From positions 4,681-68,680 of the forward strand of contig CBDBNG010000001.1 in NCBI GenBank assembly GCA_965207995.1: a DNA stretch of 64,000 bases, written 5' to 3'. Shown piece by piece: positions 59,302 through 64,000 of the stretch. A program made the position numbers and the translations under genes. Every line of letters starts with the position of its first letter. Position 1 is the stretch's first letter. The DNA comes from Dehalococcoidia bacterium (GTDB taxonomy: Bacteria; Chloroflexota; Dehalococcoidia; SHYB01). The notes beneath the pieces were generated by a model. The model was not told the origin of the DNA and searched no databases. It worked only from the letters and a program-made list of their open reading frames with translations.

Positions 59302-59369
59302 CCGGGGTCTTTCATTTTACGTGACGCGCCGGAAGGCTGGCAACGAGCGCGCGGCGCGGCCCGCGGACG

Positions 59370-60317
59370 CTAGTCGATGTAGACCGGGGCGTCGGGGCGG
59401 ATGACGTGGCGCTCGGCGGTGAGGCGCTCCCGCAGCCACTTGGGGAGGGCGAAAATGCCGCGGTGGGCCTGGCCGTCGTAGAAGCGGAGGGGGCGTTCGA
59501 CGCGCTCGGCGATGCGGCGGTCCACCTCAATGGGGCTAAGGGCGGCTGGATCGGAGCCTTCGGCGGCGATGACGAAGCCCCACGCGCCGCCGAAGGATGG
59601 CACCTCGGCGACGTAGGCGGCGGCGCTCGTGAACGCTTGGGCGGCGGTGTGACGGATTGCGGTCAGCGCCCGCGTCATGCCGAGCGTCGCGGGACCGGCC
59701 TGGGTTACGAGCACGCCGCCCGGCTTCAGTCGTTGTGCCGCCATGGTGTAGAAGTCGGCGGTGAAGAGCGGCAGCGACGGCCCTGACTCGGTGGGGTCGG
59801 TGACGTCGATGATGATCACGTCGAACTCGGGGCCGCGGCGTTCGAGGGCGGCGCGGGCGTCGCCGACCTCGAGCTCCGTGCGCGGGTCGTCGAATGCGCC
59901 CGCGTGCCACTCGGGCAGGTGCTTGCGACAGAGGTCGACGAGCTCGCCGTCTAGGTCGGCCATGACGGCGCGGCGCACCGTGCGGTGGGCGAGGACCTCG
60001 CGCAACGTGGCGCCCTCGCCGCCCCCGGCGATGAAGACGTCGGCGGGGTCGTCGTGGGCGATCAGGGCGGGGTGGACGAGGGCCTCGTGGTAGATGAACT
60101 CATCGGCGGCGGCAGACTGCGTCTTGCCGTCGAGGACGAGCGTCTTGCCGAAGGGGTCGGTGTCGAGGATGTCGACACGCTGGAAGGCGGTGGTGCCCGA
60201 GAAGAGGACGCGCTTCAGGACCAGGCTATGGTGAAGGCTCGCGCGGACCGGCTCGGTGTACCACGCCTGCCCCGGCGGAAGGTCTGGGAGCCCGGACGGG
60301 CCCGCCCTCTCCGCCAT
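59370..60317 (-). CDS. speE: Spermidine synthase (polyamine aminopropyltransferase)
   Basis: VLDGKTQSAADEFIYHEALVHPAL...VFIAGGGEGATLREVL...IIIDVTDP. The start ATG overlaps the speH stop (ATGA). Confidence 0.85.
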   Translation of the reverse strand: MAERAGPSGLPDLPPGQAWYTEPVRASLHHSLVLKRVLFSGTTAFQRVDILDTDPFGKTLVLDGKTQSAAADEFIYHEALVHPALIAHDDPADVFIAGGGEGATLREVLAHRTVRRAVMADLDGELVDLCRKHLPEWHAGAFDDPRTELEVGDARAALERRGPEFDVIIIDVTDPTESGPSLPLFTADFYTMAAQRLKPGGVLVTQAGPATLGMTRALTAIRHTAAQAFTSAAAYVAEVPSFGGAWGFVIAAEGSDPAALSPIEVDRRIAERVERPLRFYDGQAHRGIFALPKWLRERLTAERHVIRPDAPVYID

Positions 60318-60679
60318 CAGTGGGCGGCGACGGGAAGCCGCCCGCGCGCCACCTCGATGAACTCGGGGTCCTTGCACCGGAGCTTGCGGGCGATCTCCTC
60401 GGCGGCGCGGCGGGGCTCGAACGAAGCGCCGCAGGTGAAGATGTCGACGGCGGCATAGGCGAACTCGGGCCAGGTGTGGATGCTGATGTGGGACTCGGCA
60501 ATCGAGACGATGCCGGTGACGCCCTGAGGAGAGAACTGGTGGAAGTTGTGGGTGAGTACCGTGACGCCCAAGTCGTGGGCGGCGGTGAGGAGTGTGCTTC
60601 TAATGAAGGAAAGATCGTCTAGGAGAACGGGGTCGCTCTCCCGAAGCTCGACGAGAAGGTGCGTACCTAATGCATTCAA
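60317..60679 (-). CDS. speH: S-adenosylmethionine decarboxylase proenzyme (class 1A)
   Basis: VSIAESHISIHTWPE contains the autocleavage Ser. The protein is 120 aa. Confidence 0.85.
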   Translation of the reverse strand: MNALGTHLLVELRESDPVLLDDLSFIRSTLLTAAHDLGVTVLTHNFHQFSPQGVTGIVSIAESHISIHTWPEFAYAAVDIFTCGASFEPRRAAEEIARKLRCKDPEFIEVARGRLPVAAH

Positions 60680-60797
60680 TCACCTGCCCCCCTTTAGGAT
60701 TTGGGTCACGAACAGCAATTATATCCCCAATTCGCGCGGATTCAATAGTTTTCTTCTGGGCGGCCGCGACGGAAGGAGGAAGGTGAGGAAGAAGGGG

Positions 60798-61775
60798 CTA
60801 GAAGCCGAGCTTGGAGAGATCGAGGTGGCGCTCGATGAGCTCGGCGGCACGTTCGAGCTTCTGCGGGTAGTGGAAGCGTGGGGCGGCGGCGAAGGCGGCG
60901 ATGCCGTCGATCGTCTCCGGAGTATGGTTGGGTACGACGACGAGGGGCACGTCGAAGGACTGAGCCTTGTCCCGGACGTAGGCGATGGGGCTCCCGCCGC
61001 CGGTCAGGATGAGGCACTTGGTGCGCTCGTTGATCGCGTTCCACTGGAGGTCGGGTCGGTCTGTGCGGGTGACCAGCGCCTTGTTCTCGTAACGGTCGTA
61101 GTAGGGGCCGCTGGCGTCGACGATCATCGCGCCCAACAAAACGTGCTCGACGAGTTCGCCGGTCCGCTCCCCGGCGTTCAGCACCTCGCCCTCCAGGGCG
61201 TCGGCGTAGTCTTGGACGCTGAAGCTGAGGAGCCGCCGGTCCTCAGGAATGTAGCCGAGCACTTCGACGCCCTTCTCGGCAAGCGCGGGCGCGGCCTCCT
61301 CCCGGGCCGTCCGCTCGCCCGCCGGCGGTACGGTGTTGAAGACGACGCCGAGCAGGCGTTCGCCGAAGGTGGACTTGAGCGCTGCGATGGCGTCGAGATC
61401 GACGTCGCGGTGGTAGCTGACGATCGCTACTACCGGCGCGTCGACAATGCCGGCAAGCTCGGCGGCGGCGGTGGCAAGCTCGCCCCCGGCGGGCAGCCCT
61501 TCGACGATGAGATCGGTCCCGGCGGCCTGCTTGTGGGCCTTGCCGACGGCGTCGGCGTGATCTCCCAAGCCCGCGGCCAACTCGTCGGCCGAGGCGGATA
61601 CCGGCGGCTGGACGCCGGCGAAGGCGGCGTCGGCGTCGGGGACGCCGTCGTCAATGGCGACGGGCTTGAAATAGGAAGCGGTGACGCCGCGGGAGGCGAG
61701 GACGGCGGTGAGTCCGGCGGCGAGGGTCGTGCGGCCCTCACCCTTATCCATCGATATGACGTGCAGGCTGGGCAT
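60798..61775 (-). CDS. DRTGG-domain protein with BioD/CobQ-like N-terminal P-loop-like fold (phosphotransacetylase N-terminal-like)
   Basis: A TRTDRPDLQ DRTGG-like segment and an N-terminal ISMDKGEGRTTLAAGL are present. Confidence 0.45.
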   Translation of the reverse strand: MPSLHVISMDKGEGRTTLAAGLTAVLASRGVTASYFKPVAIDDGVPDADAAFAGVQPPVSASADELAAGLGDHADAVGKAHKQAAGTDLIVEGLPAGGELATAAAELAGIVDAPVVAIVSYHRDVDLDAIAALKSTFGERLLGVVFNTVPPAGERTAREEAAPALAEKGVEVLGYIPEDRRLLSFSVQDYADALEGEVLNAGERTGELVEHVLLGAMIVDASGPYYDRYENKALVTRTDRPDLQWNAINERTKCLILTGGGSPIAYVRDKAQSFDVPLVVVPNHTPETIDGIAAFAAAPRFHYPQKLERAAELIERHLDLSKLGF

Positions 61776-61830
61776 TTGGCGGCGGTTCTACAGGGTGAAT
61801 CCGGAGGTGAAGTGTAGCACACACCGGGCG

Positions 61831-62823
61831 TTAGACGCGGCGGTGGATGGCGTAGTCGCAGAGCTTGAGCAGCGAGGCCTTGGCTGGGACGTCGGGGAAG
61901 ATGGCGAGGGCGCTCCGGGCGCGGTCGCAGTAGTCCTGGGCCACGGTGTACGCCTGCTTGATGGCGGGTGAACCCTGGATGAGTTCGACGGCGTCGTCGA
62001 GTTTGGCGGCATCGTTGCGGTGGTCGAAGACGGCTTGGATGGCGCCTTCGTTGGAACGCTCGCGGGTGAGTAGTATCGCGGGAAGCGTCATGACGCCGTG
62101 GCGGAGATCGTTCTTCAGCGGTTTGCCGACGGTCTCCTCCGACCCCTCGAAGTCGAGGATGTCGTCGGCCACCTGAAAGCCCATGCCCAGGTTCCAGCCA
62201 TAGCTGCTGAGCGCGGCGACCTCTTCTTCAGGGGCGCCGCTGAGTACGGCGCCCGCCTCCGAGGCCGTTTGGAAGAGGGAGGCCGTCTTGTCGCTGATGC
62301 GGGCCTCGTAGTCTTCCTGCGTCTGACCGGCGTCGAAGCTGGTGAGGTACTCGCGAAGCTCGCCGGCGGAGAGCGCCATGATGGTCTCGGCGAAGCGGCG
62401 CATCACGCGGACGTTGCCGGTGTCGCAGACGTAGGTGGCAGACTTGGCGAAAACGTAGTCGCCGAGCAGGACGGCGACATTGCGGCCCCACAACGAGCTG
62501 ACGGTGGGGTGGCCGCGCCGGAACTCGGCCTCGTCGACGGTGTCGTCGTGGACCAGGGTGGCGATGTGCAGGAGCTCGACGGCGGTTGCCATCAGAATCG
62601 ACAGCTTGGGGTCGTGGGGGTGGAACTTCGAGGCGAGCAGTGTGAGCGTGGGCCTGAGCTGCTTGCCTCGATGGCTCAGGAGGCGCCTGAGCATGTCGCT
62701 GTGGCCGTCGAACCGGGAAGCGTTGCTCATCTCGTTGAGCATGTCGCCGACCTGGGCGAGCTCGTCTCGCACCGGGTCGTAGATGGAGGCGATGGTGTCC
62801 CGCGTGCGCGGTTCTTCAGGCAT
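61831..62823 (-). CDS. Polyprenyl diphosphate synthase (trans-isoprenyl diphosphate synthase family)
   Basis: Both DDxxD motifs are present: LVHDDTVDE and QVADDILD. Confidence 0.85.
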   Translation of the reverse strand: MPEEPRTRDTIASIYDPVRDELAQVGDMLNEMSNASRFDGHSDMLRRLLSHRGKQLRPTLTLLASKFHPHDPKLSILMATAVELLHIATLVHDDTVDEAEFRRGHPTVSSLWGRNVAVLLGDYVFAKSATYVCDTGNVRVMRRFAETIMALSAGELREYLTSFDAGQTQEDYEARISDKTASLFQTASEAGAVLSGAPEEEVAALSSYGWNLGMGFQVADDILDFEGSEETVGKPLKNDLRHGVMTLPAILLTRERSNEGAIQAVFDHRNDAAKLDDAVELIQGSPAIKQAYTVAQDYCDRARSALAIFPDVPAKASLLKLCDYAIHRRV

Positions 62824-64000
62824 CCTGGCCGGCGCCGACGGCGCTCATCTCCTTCGCCACTTCCGCCTCGTCGAGCTTTTGGAAGAGGGGCTTGGGGCGC
62901 TCGAACGGCGTGCCGGCCACGGGGGGCTGAAGGACCCATCCGGCGTCTTCAACCGCGCCGTCCAACCCCAGGTACTCGTGCACCCGCTGTGAGCTGCCCG
63001 GCATGAAAGGATACAGCGCCGTCTTGAGCGCTGCTATCGTGTAGCAGCCGGCCCAGAGCGCCGTCGCGGCGGCCTGCCGGTCGGTCTTCACCGTCTTCCA
63101 CGGCGACTGCTCTTCCAGGTAGCGGTTGCCGTGGTGCGCCAGGCCCATCGCCGCGTTGATCGCCGCCTTGAACTTGGTCGTGCCGAGCAGTTCGTCGACG
63201 CGCTCGAGCGCCCCGTCCGACGCGGCGACCAGCTCGCGCGTCGACTCGTCGAAGGCGCCGGGGTCGCCGGGGTCGGGGATGCGGCCGTCGAAGGCGCGGT
63301 GGGTGAAGCTGAGGACGCGGTTGACGAGGTTGCCGTAGGTGGCGACGAGCTCGTCGTTGTTGCGGCGGACGAACTCTTGCCAGCGGAAGTCGGCGTCGGC
63401 GGACTCGGGCATGATGGCGGTAAGGACGTAGCGCAGCGGGTCGGGGTCGAAGCGGTCGAGGTAGTCGGGCACCCAGACCGCCCAGTTGCGGCTCTTGGAG
63501 AATTTTAACCCTGCGAGGTTGAGGTATTCGTTGGCCGGGACGTCGTAAGGCAACGCGAGGCCGCCGAAGCCCATGAGCATGGCGGGCCAAATGATGGTGT
63601 GGAAGGGAATGTTGTCCTTGGCCATGAAGTAGTAGGCCCGGGACCCGTCCTCCCAGAATGGGCGCCATGCCTTGGGCTCGCCACGGTCTTGCGCCCACTG
63701 TTTGGAGGCCGAAAGGTAACCGATGACGGCCTCGAACCAGACGTAGATGCGTTTGCTCTCGTAGCCGTCGAGCGGGATTGGGACACCCCAGGTGAGGTCG
63801 CGGGTGACGGCGCGGTCCTGCAGACCGTCCCGGAGATAGCCGAGGGTGAAGTTGCGGACGTTGGGCCGCCAGTGCTCCTGCTCCGCGACCCATGCCTCGA
63901 GCTGCTCCTGGAAGGCCGAGAGCTTGAGGAAGAAGTGCTCGGTGTCGCGGAACTCGGGCGTGTCGCCGGAGATGGCGCTGCGAATGCCGATGAGGTCCTT
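62816..64000 (-). CDS. metG: Methionyl-tRNA synthetase, C-terminal part (N-terminus beyond window end)
   Basis: The KMSKS-type motif is KFSKSRN. The MetRS-like anticodon-binding region WQEFVRRNNDELVATYGNLVNRV is present. The reading frame continues upstream to position 64000. Confidence 0.9.
   Translation of the reverse strand, partial: KDLIGIRSAISGDTPEFRDTEHFFLKLSAFQEQLEAWVAEQEHWRPNVRNFTLGYLRDGLQDRAVTRDLTWGVPIPLDGYESKRIYVWFEAVIGYLSASKQWAQDRGEPKAWRPFWEDGSRAYYFMAKDNIPFHTIIWPAMLMGFGGLALPYDVPANEYLNLAGLKFSKSRNWAVWVPDYLDRFDPDPLRYVLTAIMPESADADFRWQEFVRRNNDELVATYGNLVNRVLSFTHRAFDGRIPDPGDPGAFDESTRELVAASDGALERVDELLGTTKFKAAINAAMGLAHHGNRYLEEQSPWKTVKTDRQAAATALWAGCYTIAALKTALYPFMPGSSQRVHEYLGLDGAVEDAGWVLQPPVAGTPFERPKPLFQKLDEAEVAKEMSAVGAGQDA

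Overview
This is a 64-kb, high-GC (about 65%) bacterial chromosomal window with three parts. (1) Positions 1-9.7 kb hold the 5' 8.4 kb of a giant secreted protein gene on the minus strand (start at 8410, C-terminus beyond position 1). It is built from alternating Calx-beta-like and cadherin-like repeats and is missing from the ORF track only because it is truncated by the window edge. The plus-strand ORFs listed across 1-8400 are antisense artefacts of it. Its 5' region carries G10/G9 homopolymer tracts, and a pentahaem c-type cytochrome gene sits next to it. (2) Positions ~9.7-51.0 kb look like an integrated mobile island (ICE-like). Its right end is a large serine recombinase whose stop codon overlaps the 3' end of tRNA-Val. 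It carries a type-IV-secretion/conjugation module, with TrbL/VirB6-like, VirB4-like ATPase, TraD/VirD4-like coupling protein and a replication-relaxation-like protein. An IS110 transposase is inserted between the VirB4-like and coupling-protein genes. The island also holds many HTH regulators, an XRE+ImmA/IrrE pair, and a stack of defence-type loci. The first locus is a five-gene plus-strand operon: HTH_17 gene (behind a perfect 22-bp palindrome), Dcm-type C5-MTase, Vsr, a 1007-aa protein with two GHKL ATPase domains, and a REC-like protein of unknown output. The second is a minus-strand operon of VapB-VapC, an SMODS/CD-NTase-like nucleotidyltransferase and a stand-alone SLOG (DprA/LOG-like) protein. 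The third is a minus-strand operon of an HTH_17 gene, a PLD-nuclease/SNF2-helicase fusion, an Eco57I/PglX-family N6-adenine MTase and an HNH nuclease. (3) Positions 51-64 kb are core chromosome. They contain a DUF3179 lipoprotein gene whose conserved Cys codon is an in-frame TGA (selenoprotein candidate or pseudogene), tRNA-Arg, an LLM flavin oxidoreductase, two FAD oxidoreductases, a HepT/MntA pair, tRNA-Leu, speH-speE, a polyprenyl synthase and the 3' part of metG. No CRISPR array and no rRNA were seen. All calls come from reading the sequence and ORF translations by eye; no database search was possible.
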